This document shows, in pieces, positions 26,996 through 36,289 of a DNA stretch of 46,226 nucleotides. The notes under the pieces were generated by a model, which saw only the letters and a program-made list of their open reading frames with translations, was not told where the DNA came from and did not search any database. Source of the DNA: Microbacterium sp. (GTDB lineage Bacteria > Actinomycetota > Actinomycetes > Actinomycetales > Microbacteriaceae); NCBI GenBank assembly GCA_043764515.1, contig JAYUKK010000144.1:1-46226 (forward strand). The letters are read 5' to 3'. Each line of letters begins with the position of its first letter. The stretch's first letter is position 1. The position numbers were made by a program, and so were the translations under genes.

Positions 26996-27931
26996 TTAGC
27001 TGGCGGCGCGCCGCCGCTGCAGCACCTCGTCGAGGTCGGGCGCGCGCGTCGGCAAGCCGCCAACGAGCCCCATGCCGGCGAAGCGGCTCGCGGCGGGGCG
27101 CTCGACGCGCGGGGCGTCGCCATCCGTCACGGTCGACGGCGCTGCGGCGCGGTCGACGGATGCCGCGGCAAGAGCCGCCGCGCGCTGCGCCCGCTCGGCT
27201 TCTGCCGCCGCGGCAGCGAGTGCGGCCGCGTGGTCGAGAGCCGGAGCCACGGCACCAGCAGGCACGACCGGCGCGCTGAGGTAGCTCGGCTTGGGCAGCG
27301 GCACGGGTGTCCACTCGCGTCGCGCACCGGCGGGCGCCCGGCGTACCGGGGTTGCCAGGTCGACAAACTCGGGGGCCGCCACACCCGCCACGGGAGCCGT
27401 GCGGCGGCGTTGCGCGCGCGCGAGACCCGTGAGCAGCATCCCGCCGCTGATGGCGACGAAGGCCGCGAAGCCGGCCCAGGCCCACGCCGACAGCGAGAGG
27501 GCGACACCGATGCCGATGAGAGCGAGAAGGGTGGTGAGCGAGGTGACCGCGCGCGAGCGGCGCAAGCGGCGCTGGCCGAGGCGGGCGGCATCCATTTCGG
27601 CCATGAGGCCGGGAGCCGACTCGGTGAGGCGCGCCCGCAGTGCGCGCTGCGCGGCGGCGTCACGCGCACGCTCAATCGCCGCAAGCTCGCGTTGGCGGGC
27701 AGCGAGTGAGCGCTGCTGCGCGGCCACATCGCGCGCGGTCAGCTCGGCGCGCACCGACTCGGGCACCTCGGCCGCGTGGGCCATGATGCGCAGGGTCTGC
27801 TGTAGGCGAATGGCGTTGCGCTCGGTCGCGAGGTATTCGCGGCGGCGGCGCCACATGGGCACGAGATAGAGCAACCAGAGCGCGGCAGCGATGACGATGA
27901 GGATCGCCGTGCCGCCGCTCGTGGTCTCCAT
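26996..27931 (-). CDS. probable SepX/GlpR-like divisome membrane protein (Rv0996 position)
   Basis: N-terminal TM LWLLYLVP.W, coiled region, RR.RR + 2 TM, W.PVPLPKP.Y motif, C-terminal RRA.S. Lies between rimJ and tRNA-Ala as in other actinobacteria. Confidence 0.7.
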   Translation of the reverse strand: METTSGGTAILIVIAAALWLLYLVPMWRRRREYLATERNAIRLQQTLRIMAHAAEVPESVRAELTARDVAAQQRSLAARQRELAAIERARDAAAQRALRARLTESAPGLMAEMDAARLGQRRLRRSRAVTSLTTLLALIGIGVALSLSAWAWAGFAAFVAISGGMLLTGLARAQRRRTAPVAGVAAPEFVDLATPVRRAPAGARREWTPVPLPKPSYLSAPVVPAGAVAPALDHAAALAAAAAEAERAQRAAALAAASVDRAAAPSTVTDGDAPRVERPAASRFAGMGLVGGLPTRAPDLDEVLQRRRAAS

Positions 27932-28038
27932 GCCGCAACGGTACGATTCTCAGGCCGGTGCGGTCGGCAGGTCGGCGGAGTGTTGGCAGACCCGAGACCG
28001 CATCCCGCTCCCCCCTCTCCCTCGTGAAGAAAGAAACC

Positions 28039-28731
28039 ATGTCGTCGACCCCTGCCCCCGAGCCCACTGCTACCGCTGAGAAGAGCGGCCTGCGCGCTTT
28101 CTTCGGTAACGCTGAACTGCTCATCGTGATCTTGCTCGGCATCGTCTCGGTTGCCACCGCCTGGGTCTCGTTCCAGGCCGCGCTCTATGACGGCCAGACC
28201 GCTAAGGCACTGTCGCAATCGCAGAGCACGACGGCCGAGGCCGAGTCGCTGTACCTCGAAGGCAACCAGGAGTATGTGCAGGACTCGCAGACGCTCGCGC
28301 GCCTCACCGAACTGCAGGCGCAGATCAACGCGGGCGACCCGGTTGCCGCCGAGGTCTACGACGCGCTCTACTTCGTCGCCGTGAGCGAGCACTTCGGAGC
28401 CGCGATCGAGCGCGCCGACGCGATCAACGCGACCGACACCGAGTTCTACACGAGCCCGCTCGATGACGAGGAGTACCAAAACGTTCTCTTCGGCGCCTAC
28501 GCCGAGAAGAGCGACGAAGCCGTGGAACTCACCCGGCAGGCCGACGAACTCGACGCCCGCGGTGACTGGCTGACGCTCACCACCGTACTCATGGCCATCT
28601 CGCTGTTCTTGCTCGGTGTTGCCGCCGTCGTGCGCAGCCGCAAGGTGCAGTACTCGCTCATCATCATCGGCTCGGCGATCTTCGTGTTCGCCGCGGCGAT
28701 CATGCTCACGATTCCGGTCACCTGGGTCTAG
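28039..28731 (+). CDS. hypothetical membrane protein (DUF4337-like)
   Basis: N-terminal TM (LLG..SVATAW..FQ), acidic helical loop, two C-terminal TM helices. GC3-rich codon usage. Confidence 0.75.
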   Translation: MSSTPAPEPTATAEKSGLRAFFGNAELLIVILLGIVSVATAWVSFQAALYDGQTAKALSQSQSTTAEAESLYLEGNQEYVQDSQTLARLTELQAQINAGDPVAAEVYDALYFVAVSEHFGAAIERADAINATDTEFYTSPLDDEEYQNVLFGAYAEKSDEAVELTRQADELDARGDWLTLTTVLMAISLFLLGVAAVVRSRKVQYSLIIIGSAIFVFAAAIMLTIPVTWV

Positions 28732-28765
28732 CGGTAGCCGACCTGCCGCTCGCGCGCGCTCGACC

Positions 28766-29428
28766 TCAGCGTGCGGGCGGCAGGCTGATTCCGCGGCGCG
28801 CGGCGATGAGGTCAACCTCGGGCACGGTCGCCGCGCCCGGCGGCACGCGCCCCGCCTTCCAGCGACGCAACACCCCCTGTGGCACCTCTTCGACGGTTAG
28901 CGCAAAGCAGAAGTGGTCGCGCCAGTCGTTGTTGATGTGGATGTAGCGGCGACGCAGCCCCTCGTAGCGGAAGCCCAGCTTCTCGACCACGCGCAAGCTC
29001 GGCCCGTTCTCGGGCCGAATGCAGATCTCCATGCGGTGCAGCCCGACGGCGAAGAACACGTGATCGGTCGCGAGCGCCACGGCCGTGGGCGTCAGCCCGC
29101 GCCCGGCAAAACCCGCGCCCACCCAATAGCCAATCGTCGCGGAGGCGAGCGAGCCGTAGGTCATGCCACTCACATTGAGCTGGCCAGCAAGGCGGCCTTC
29201 CGTCTCGATGATGAATGGCAAGCCCGTTCCGGAGCGCGCCCCCGCGATGAGGTTGCGGATGCTGCCCTTGGTATCCCAGTGCAGGGGCGCCGTGGGGCTC
29301 GTTGCCTCCCACGGGCGCAGCCAACTGCGGCTATCGATGAGTTCGGCTTCGAGCGAGCGAGCGTCGCGCACGCGAATGGGGCGCAACACCGTCGCCCCAT
29401 CGCGCAGGGTGGGGATGATCGACACCAC
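28766..29428 (-). CDS. rimJ: RimJ/RimL family GNAT N-acetyltransferase
   Basis: WLRPWEAT, GQLNV, SATIGYWV, GRG..P.AVAL, LHRMEICIRPEN..SLRVVEKLGFR.EG, WRDH. Confidence 0.88.
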   Translation of the reverse strand: MVSIIPTLRDGATVLRPIRVRDARSLEAELIDSRSWLRPWEATSPTAPLHWDTKGSIRNLIAGARSGTGLPFIIETEGRLAGQLNVSGMTYGSLASATIGYWVGAGFAGRGLTPTAVALATDHVFFAVGLHRMEICIRPENGPSLRVVEKLGFRYEGLRRRYIHINNDWRDHFCFALTVEEVPQGVLRRWKAGRVPPGAATVPEVDLIAARRGISLPPAR

Positions 29429-29431
29429 GGC

Positions 29432-30322
29432 TCAATCCATACGAGCAGCAAAATCGCGCAGCCACGGGCGCAACTCAGGGCCGAGGTCGGCACGCTCGAC
29501 GGCGAGCTGCACGATGGCCTTGATGTAGTCGAGGCGGTCGCCCGTGTCATACCGGCGGCCGCGGAACACCACACCGTAAACCCCGCCGGCCTCGGCGTTG
29601 CCAGCAAGCTCGAGCAGGGCATCCGTCAGCTGAATCTCTCCGCCCTTGCCGGGGGCGGTGTGTTCGAGGATGTCGAAAATCTCGGGCCGCAACACGTATC
29701 GGCCGATCACGGCGTAGTTCGAGGGCGCGGTGCCCGGCGCGGGCTTCTCGACGAGGTCGACAACGCGCACGACATCGGGGTCGTCGGTGGGCTCGATCGT
29801 TGCGACACCGTAGAGGTGCGCTTGCGCAGGGTCGACCTCGAGCAGCGCGATGACGCTCGTGTCGTGCTGCTCGTGCACATCGATCATGCGGTCGAGCAGG
29901 GGGTCGCGCGGGTCGATGATGTCGTCACCGAGCAGCACGGCAAAGGGCTGACGGCCCACGTGCATGTGAGCGCGCAGCACAGCGTGTCCGAGACCCAGCG
30001 GGTCACCTTGCCGCACATAGTGCATGTCGGCCAGGCCCGTCGAATATTCGACCTTGGCGAGCTTTTCAGTGTCGCCCTTCGCCTCGAGCGTGGCCTCGAG
30101 TTCGCCCACTCGGTCAAAGTGGTTCTCGAGCGCATTCTTGTTGCGCCCCGTGATCATGAGCACATCGGTGAGTCCTGACGCCACCGCTTCTTCGACCACG
30201 TACTGGATGGCCGGCTTGTCGACCACCGGCAACATCTCTTTCGGCATCGCCTTGGTTGCGGGGAGGAACCGGGTACCGAGTCCCGCAGCGGGGATCACGG
30301 CCTTGCTGATTCTCGGGGTCAT
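29432..30322 (-). CDS. galU: UTP--glucose-1-phosphate uridylyltransferase
   Basis: KAVIPAAGLGTRFLPATKAMPKEMLPVVDKP, VRQ..PLGLGHAV, VEKP, GEIQLTDA. Confidence 0.97.
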   Translation of the reverse strand: MTPRISKAVIPAAGLGTRFLPATKAMPKEMLPVVDKPAIQYVVEEAVASGLTDVLMITGRNKNALENHFDRVGELEATLEAKGDTEKLAKVEYSTGLADMHYVRQGDPLGLGHAVLRAHMHVGRQPFAVLLGDDIIDPRDPLLDRMIDVHEQHDTSVIALLEVDPAQAHLYGVATIEPTDDPDVVRVVDLVEKPAPGTAPSNYAVIGRYVLRPEIFDILEHTAPGKGGEIQLTDALLELAGNAEAGGVYGVVFRGRRYDTGDRLDYIKAIVQLAVERADLGPELRPWLRDFAARMD

Positions 30323-30396
30323 GCGCTCAGCGTAGTCCCGACTCCTGCTCACAAGGCAGGATCGCGGCGGGCATGCCTCGGCTCTAGCATGGCCCT

Positions 30397-30993
30397 ATGG
30401 CCCCCGACCGCGATGGTGACGTGATTGCTGCCAAGCGCGCGCTGCGAGCGGAGTTGCGCGAACGCCGGCGCATCCGCCCGCAACACGAGCGCGACCTCGC
30501 CGCCGCCGGATTGACGCGCCAGCTCATCGCCCTCGCCTCGACTCTGGGGCCGCGGGCGCTCTCGTGCTACCTGGCCACGGGCGATGAACCCGAGACCCGG
30601 CCCTTCATTGCGTGGGCCGCCGAGCAGGGCATTCGCGTGTTGTTGCCGGTGTCACGCGACGACGGGCTGCTCGACTGGGCTCTCTACGACAACGCTGACG
30701 AAGGTCTCGATGTCATCGGAATGCCGGTGCCGACGACCGAAGTGCTTGGGCCGATCGCCATCAACGACGTGGGGCTCATCATCGTGCCCGCGGCCGCCGT
30801 CGACAGAACGGGCATGCGCATGGGTTGGGGGCGTGGGTATTTCGACAAGACCCTCGGTTCGATGGATCGCCGCCCGCCCGTTTTCGCTGTCGTGTTCGAC
30901 CACGAGGTGGTCGACAAGTTACCGCGCGAACGCCACGATCAGGGTGTGGATGGCGTGGTCACCCCGAGCGGCATCACGCGCTTCACCGCCTGA
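30397..30993 (+). CDS. 5-formyltetrahydrofolate cyclo-ligase
   Basis: K.ALR..LR..R, EPET, VPAAAVDRTGMRMGWGRGYFDK, P.ERHD..VD.VVTP. Confidence 0.93.
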   Translation: MAPDRDGDVIAAKRALRAELRERRRIRPQHERDLAAAGLTRQLIALASTLGPRALSCYLATGDEPETRPFIAWAAEQGIRVLLPVSRDDGLLDWALYDNADEGLDVIGMPVPTTEVLGPIAINDVGLIIVPAAAVDRTGMRMGWGRGYFDKTLGSMDRRPPVFAVVFDHEVVDKLPRERHDQGVDGVVTPSGITRFTA

Positions 30994-31047
30994 ACACGGT
31001 TCGGGGGATGCCCTGCCCGCCGTATCCTGGAAGGCGGAGGTCTTTCC

Positions 31048-31350
31048 ATGCCCACGTACTCGTACCGCTGCACCGAGTGTTCGACCGCGTTCGACATTCA
31101 GCAGGCCTTCACCGACGACTCGCTCACCGAATGCCCCACCTGCCAGGGGAAGCTGCGCAAGGTGTTCTCGGCCGTGGGCGTGACGTTCAACGGCTCGGGC
31201 TTCTACCGCACCGACAGCCGGGCTGGGTCAGCGAAGAGCGGTTCGAGCTCGTCCAGCTCGTCAAGTGCCTCCAAGAGCGAGTCGAGCGGGTCATCCGCTC
31301 CCGCGAGCACACCGGCCGCGGCCCCCGCTGCCGCGCCGGCCGCGAGCTAG
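31048..31350 (+). CDS. FmdB family zinc-ribbon protein (Rv0991c/Ruc-like)
   Basis: MPTYSYRCTEC...ECPTC.G.LRKVF..VGVTF.GSGFYRTDSR followed by a Ser/Ala-rich tail. RBS GGAGG. Confidence 0.93.
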   Translation: MPTYSYRCTECSTAFDIQQAFTDDSLTECPTCQGKLRKVFSAVGVTFNGSGFYRTDSRAGSAKSGSSSSSSSSASKSESSGSSAPASTPAAAPAAAPAAS

Positions 31351-31390
31351 ACGTAACCGTTCGGCCGCTGGCTACCGATACCATCGGGCC

Positions 31391-31825
31391 ATGCTCTCTG
31401 GATTTCGTGAATTCATTCTGCGCGGCAACGTCATCGACCTCGCTGTCGCCGTCGTCATTGGGGCCGCGTTCACAGCGGTCGTGACGTCGATCGTCACCGC
31501 CGTCATCAACCCGGCGATCGGTGCGCTCTTCAACGCCGCAACCCTCGAGAAGGCATTGCCCGTCGTCATTCCCACCGTCTCGGGTGGCGAAGCGGTGCTC
31601 TATTTCGGCGCCGTCATCGGCGCGGTACTCAACTTCCTCATCGTCGCGGTGGTCGTCTACGTCGCGTTGGTCGCCCCGGTCACGCACCTGCGCAAGCGCG
31701 CAGAGGCGCGGCAAGCCGCGAACTCGCCCACCGTCGACGAGGCCGCGGCCCCGACCGAGATCGAACTGCTCGCCGAGATTCGCGACCTGCTCGCGAAGCG
31801 CGACGCGGCGCCGCCCGCGTCGTAG
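31391..31825 (+). CDS. mscL: large-conductance mechanosensitive channel
   Basis: GFREFILRGNVIDLAVAVVIGAAF...NFLIVA.VVY...LLAEIRDLL. Confidence 0.97.
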   Translation: MLSGFREFILRGNVIDLAVAVVIGAAFTAVVTSIVTAVINPAIGALFNAATLEKALPVVIPTVSGGEAVLYFGAVIGAVLNFLIVAVVVYVALVAPVTHLRKRAEARQAANSPTVDEAAAPTEIELLAEIRDLLAKRDAAPPAS

Positions 31826-31833
31826 TCCGACCG

Positions 31834-32247
31834 TCAGGCGTTCGCACTCACCTCAACAAGGGCGCGCATCGCCTCGTCGGCTTGCGCTGCCGGCACGAGC
31901 AGGTGATCGTGAAACGCGCCGGCGATGACGTTGCAGCTGATGTCGTGGGCGGTGAGGGCGACGATCACCGCTGCCGTCAGGCCCACGGCGTCGAGCGACG
32001 AGTGCACCCGCAACGTGATCCATCGGTAGGGATGCTCGGTGCCGGCTCCGATGCGCTGCGCCTCTGCGCGGTCGACGACTACGGAAACGCCCTCCGGCTC
32101 GCGCACGGTCGCGGCAGCATCCACGCCCTCTGTCGAGAGGACCGTGGCAAAGAACCACTCCCCCGGCAGCAGTTCGGGCCTCATCGACTGCAAGAGCACG
32201 CCGAGGTTCGTCTCGCCCGGTGCCGCGGAAGCGCCTGTGGCTGTCAT
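31834..32247 (-). CDS. ACT domain protein (DUF2241-like)
   Basis: GETNL..LL.SM.P.L, REPEGVS, ITL.VHSSL.AVGLTA, ISCNVIAG.FHDHL.V. Confidence 0.87.
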   Translation of the reverse strand: MTATGASAAPGETNLGVLLQSMRPELLPGEWFFATVLSTEGVDAAATVREPEGVSVVVDRAEAQRIGAGTEHPYRWITLRVHSSLDAVGLTAAVIVALTAHDISCNVIAGAFHDHLLVPAAQADEAMRALVEVSANA

Positions 32248-32417
32248 CAGTAGTGCGGGGGCTTCTCGGCCGTGAGCCGCTCATCGTTCTCGTCGAGCCG
32301 GTGCCGTTCGGGCTCGCGCGGCGGAGTGGGATCCGACCCGGGCGGAGGCGCCGTCGTGACCCGACGCCCACCACGGGCGCGAGTGGGCGGGGCCTGCCCC
32401 GCATCCGTCTCGGTCAT
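32247..32417 (-). CDS. small protein (56 aa) ending ...ENDERLTAEKPPHY
   Basis: Hand translation MTETDAGQAPPTRARGGRRVTTAPPPGSDPTPPREPERHRLDENDERLTAEKPPHY*. TACCCT 6 nt upstream. TGATG coupling to the ACT gene. Below the track length cutoff. Confidence 0.75.
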   Translation of the reverse strand: MTETDAGQAPPTRARGGRRVTTAPPPGSDPTPPREPERHRLDENDERLTAEKPPHY

Positions 32418-32449
32418 GTCACTAGGGTACGCGGGCCGAGAAAGCGCGG

Positions 32450-35400
32450 TCAGCGCACGATCGCGAGCTCTTCGGTCTGCGTGCCGACGCTCGCTGCCGG
32501 TCGTGCCGAAGCGGCGGCCGCTCCACCCGCGAGGGCATAGATGCGATCGGCAACCGCATCGGGGTCGCTGAACAGCTCGAACACGTGCACGCGAGCGTAG
32601 TGCCAGCCCAGGCGACGCATCAGATCGGGTCGCAGGCGCAGCGACTCACGCAGGCTGACGTGCGAGAGCGCAGCATCCGTCTCGACGGCAACGCAGTATC
32701 CGCCCCGGCTCGCCACGAGCGGGAGCTTGCCGCGGTGTCCCAGCGCTACCGTCATGCCGCGCGCCTCGAGGCGACGGGCCAGATCGATGAGCATCGGCTC
32801 GCTGTCGTCGGGGAGCTCGATCGCGGTGCGGCGGGCCTCGATGTCGGCAAACAGGTCGGCGAGCGCGCGGGCGCCGTACGACAAGCGGTCGTCGTCGAGG
32901 TCGCTCGGGCGAATGCAGCTGACGATGCGCACGTAGCGCCGCGCGCGCGTCATCGCGACGGCCAACAGGCGATCGCCACCCGGGCGGCCGAGCGAACCGA
33001 ACTCGGTGAGCACGCGACCATGAGGCGTACGGCCGAAACCGATGGAGAAGATCACGCGGTCACGCGACTGTGCCACGGACTGCTCGATCGTGAGAACTGC
33101 GAACGGCTCGGCGCGGTCGCCCAGCAGTACGTCGTGAAGGTCGGGGCGGTGCGTCAGTGCCTCGAGCACCGCGGTGTGCACTCGCGCGGCGTGCTTCGGG
33201 CTTGCCGTGATCACCATGAGCGACTCGTTCGGGCGCGCCGTCGCGTGTTCGATCACGAGGTCGACCGTGCGCAGCACTTCGGCGTCGACGCTCTCGATCG
33301 CCCCCGTGTCGGGGTCGGGCATGCCCTGACCGTTGTCGAGGTAGTCGACCGCAATCGAGGGATGACCCAAGAACGATCCCGCCCACGGCAACGACTCGAT
33401 GCGACCGGCGTAGAAGCGGCGGTTGACGAGCTCAGCGAGGTCTTCGCCGCCCGCGCGGTACGACCGTGTGAGCGACAGCGCCGGCAGCAGCTCACTGAGC
33501 TGAAAGAGGGCGGATGCGGCGTGCCGGGCATCGACATCGCCATCCTCGACCGGGTCGCCGACCGCGATCGCGAACGGAGCGGGAGCCTGCGTCACGGGGT
33601 CGCCGACGGCGACCACCTGGCGGGCGCGACGCACCGAGCTGGCCACCTCGGCCACCGTCACAGCGCCGGCGTCGAGCAACAGCACCGTGTCGAAGGGAAT
33701 GTCATCGCTGATCACATGCACGTCATACGGCGAGGCAAGCCAGATCGGCGCGATTGGTCGACTGAGGTGCGGCGCTTCGCACTGCAGCTGGGTCGGCGTG
33801 ATCGAACCGCTCTTCAACAGTGTCTTGAGCGCGGCAGCCTCATCGGGCCAGTCGGTGATGCCGATCGACCAGTTCTCGGCGAGCTGCCATGCCAGCAATT
33901 GCGCACTGCCCGCGGCGTGCGCCTCGTCGACCAAGCGGAAGTCGGCTTCAAGCCTCTCAAGCACGGCCGGCTCGGCGGCGAGCAGAGCGCGATCGTGCTG
34001 CAGCAGGCTGTCGAGCGCCGAGCGCCACCACGCGAGCTCGAGCTCGGCAGCCACCTGGTCGTGCGGCACATGACGGGAGGCGAGGTCACTGAGCAGCGGC
34101 GCAACATCCCACTTCTCGAGCCGCTGCAACAGCGTCGTGCGCTCTTGCAGGTTGGCGAGCACGTCACTCTCGGCAGCCAGACCGTCGAGCAGTGTGTGCA
34201 GTTCGGCGAGCGGGCGGTGTGCGAGCTGCTGGTCACGGCTGTGGTGGCCGAGGGGAGCATCCAACGCCTCGAAATCGTGCTCGACCTGCTGGTAGCCGAC
34301 GGCCACCTCGGCGATACCGACCGGCACGGCCGGGGTCACACCACTCGGAACGAAGCGCTGCCAGAGCACGCGCTGCTGCTGGATGCGCTGCAGCGATTCG
34401 TGCATGTCGCTCACGGCGACGCCGGGCCGCAGGTATTCCTTCGCCAGACCCTTGAGTCGTCGACGCGTGGCCGCGGGCATCGTGGTCGACTCGCGGCGGG
34501 GCGCGGTGGCCGAGATGAGTTCGGTGAGCGACCGGTCGAAGACGGCCGGCTGGAACTTGTCGAGCGTGTCGCGCAGGTCAGACAGCAGGCGCAGGTAGAC
34601 GCCGAGCTCGGCGATCGACTCGAACGAGCGCATGGGCGTCGCGGCGATGAGCAAGCGCCCGCGCTCGACCAGTCGGGGCACAAGCTCGAAGTGCAGTCGG
34701 CGCGCGAGTTCTTGCGCGTGCGCAGCCTCGTCGCCCGTGCGGAACCGCGCGCCGTACCAGGGCGAATCACCCGGTCCGTAGCTGAATTGGCCGAGCTCGG
34801 CAGCCTGCACCAAGGCTTCGGCGGCTTCGCGGCGATCGGCCGCGAGCAGTTCGACGGCGGCACGGCTGAGGCGAGCGCGGGTGGTCGGCGGCGTCGGCAG
34901 CAACTGCAAGCGGCTGAGCTCGTCGATACAATCGAGCACGCTGATGCCCAGGTCAGCATCGGGGCGCGCGAGGGCTTCGCGATACTCCACGAGCACCGAG
35001 CGCAAGCGCACGAGAGCATCGTTGACGTCGGCGATGCGAGGGCGCTGTGCCTTCTCGTTGCGGCTAATCGCGCGAATGAGGTCGCGGCGCAGGCGTGACG
35101 CGCTCACGGCCGAACCGGGCAAACCAATGTCGCTCAAGCGGCGCTCAATCGTGCGCAACGTGGCCCGGCGCGGGCTCACGACGAGAACCCGCTTGTTCTG
35201 CGCCACGAGGGCACCGAGCGCGTTGACGACCGTCTGGGTCGCCCCCGTACCCGGCAGCGTCTTGACGACGATCGAGTTGCCGGCCGCAATGCTCGCAATG
35301 ACCTGCTCTTGCTCCGCGTCGGCATCCAGCAGAAGCAAGTCCGTCTCTGGCGGTCGTTGATCGGCCGGCATCGGCTCGACGGGTGACTGGCTCTCGTTCA

Positions 35401-36196
35401 CGGCCCAGCGGGCACTCGTGTTGCCGGCGAGGGCATCGAGCACCGGATGCGCGAGGTCGTGCGCGTCGGCGACCATCGCCGGGCCGACCTCGGCGAACGT
35501 GCTGACGACCAGCCGGGCACTGATCGTGAACCCGTCGAGGTGCGCCGTGAGCCCGCGCAAGCGGTCGAGCGGAGGATTCGGCTTGAAGGCTTCGCCGTCG
35601 TGGGCGAGGGCAACAAAGCCGGCTTCGTCGAGGTGTAGCGAGAACTGTTCGGCGAGCACTCGCACGAGTGCCGGGTTGACGACGATGCGTCCGGTGAGGG
35701 TGAGTTCAACATCCCGACCCCGACGGCGTAACCGCAGCGGGCGCAACAGCAGTGGGGCACAGTGTGCGGCGCCGCCAAAAGTCCACGACACGAGGCCGAT
35801 GCCTAGGGCGACGGCGTCGATGCCGCGCACGCTCGCGAGTTCGACTCCGGCGTCGGCGATGCGCTCGGCCGCGACGCGCGCTTGCTTCAGAGCGACGTCG
35901 TCGCGCACGAGGTTGCTGAGCAGGGTGGGGCTGCCGGCAATGAAGCGGGCGAGGCCGCCCGGGTGACTCGTGCCGAGCTCGATGCGGCCGCGCGGGTCGT
36001 CATCAAAGTGGAGCAAGGTGCTCGCGCCACCCGCGCGCTCCAGCTCGGCGCGCCAGCGATCCCACATCGGGGCAGCGACGTTCATCGGCACGACACGGGG
36101 GTCGTCGAACCGTACCGACGAGGGCGAAAGCGGGTTGACCCCGCTCCCCTCATCGGCCTCGATCTCATGATCGTCGTATCGGTCGGCACGCCACAC
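32450..36196 (-). CDS. large DUF4011-type SF1 (Upf1/DNA2-like) helicase-like protein with C-terminal restriction-endonuclease-like domain; ATPase motifs degenerate
   Basis: DADAEQ, VKTLPGTGATQT (Walker A position), FDTVLLLDAG (Walker B position), GDP, L..SYR, N..FY, Q..DRVIFSIG, RL.VAMTRAR, C-terminal VAVETD...LR...RLR...L.RLGW.Y.RV. GTG 6 nt after TACAGT. Confidence 0.82.
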   Translation of the reverse strand: MWRADRYDDHEIEADEGSGVNPLSPSSVRFDDPRVVPMNVAAPMWDRWRAELERAGGASTLLHFDDDPRGRIELGTSHPGGLARFIAGSPTLLSNLVRDDVALKQARVAAERIADAGVELASVRGIDAVALGIGLVSWTFGGAAHCAPLLLRPLRLRRRGRDVELTLTGRIVVNPALVRVLAEQFSLHLDEAGFVALAHDGEAFKPNPPLDRLRGLTAHLDGFTISARLVVSTFAEVGPAMVADAHDLAHPVLDALAGNTSARWAVNESQSPVEPMPADQRPPETDLLLLDADAEQEQVIASIAAGNSIVVKTLPGTGATQTVVNALGALVAQNKRVLVVSPRRATLRTIERRLSDIGLPGSAVSASRLRRDLIRAISRNEKAQRPRIADVNDALVRLRSVLVEYREALARPDADLGISVLDCIDELSRLQLLPTPPTTRARLSRAAVELLAADRREAAEALVQAAELGQFSYGPGDSPWYGARFRTGDEAAHAQELARRLHFELVPRLVERGRLLIAATPMRSFESIAELGVYLRLLSDLRDTLDKFQPAVFDRSLTELISATAPRRESTTMPAATRRRLKGLAKEYLRPGVAVSDMHESLQRIQQQRVLWQRFVPSGVTPAVPVGIAEVAVGYQQVEHDFEALDAPLGHHSRDQQLAHRPLAELHTLLDGLAAESDVLANLQERTTLLQRLEKWDVAPLLSDLASRHVPHDQVAAELELAWWRSALDSLLQHDRALLAAEPAVLERLEADFRLVDEAHAAGSAQLLAWQLAENWSIGITDWPDEAAALKTLLKSGSITPTQLQCEAPHLSRPIAPIWLASPYDVHVISDDIPFDTVLLLDAGAVTVAEVASSVRRARQVVAVGDPVTQAPAPFAIAVGDPVEDGDVDARHAASALFQLSELLPALSLTRSYRAGGEDLAELVNRRFYAGRIESLPWAGSFLGHPSIAVDYLDNGQGMPDPDTGAIESVDAEVLRTVDLVIEHATARPNESLMVITASPKHAARVHTAVLEALTHRPDLHDVLLGDRAEPFAVLTIEQSVAQSRDRVIFSIGFGRTPHGRVLTEFGSLGRPGGDRLLAVAMTRARRYVRIVSCIRPSDLDDDRLSYGARALADLFADIEARRTAIELPDDSEPMLIDLARRLEARGMTVALGHRGKLPLVASRGGYCVAVETDAALSHVSLRESLRLRPDLMRRLGWHYARVHVFELFSDPDAVADRIYALAGGAAAASARPAASVGTQTEELAIVR

Positions 36197-36289
36197 GCGG
36201 CCACTGTATGTCGCGAAGGCCCGAGTTCTCGGGATTTCGTGCGGTCTGCCCCCGAACCCGCACCGGGGTCGCACGCCTAGAATCAGGCC

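Noticed and set aside
31225-31347. Low-complexity TCG/AGC/GCC repeats
   Set aside because: They encode the Ser/Ala-rich disordered tail normal for FmdB/Ruc proteins and are not a DNA repeat element.
32585-35098. 837-aa plus-strand ORF and other long antisense or alternate-frame ORFs (e.g. 5317..6975, 10818..12296, 28913..30178)
   Set aside because: Typical high-GC shadow ORFs over well-supported genes. They are Arg-rich and have no motifs.
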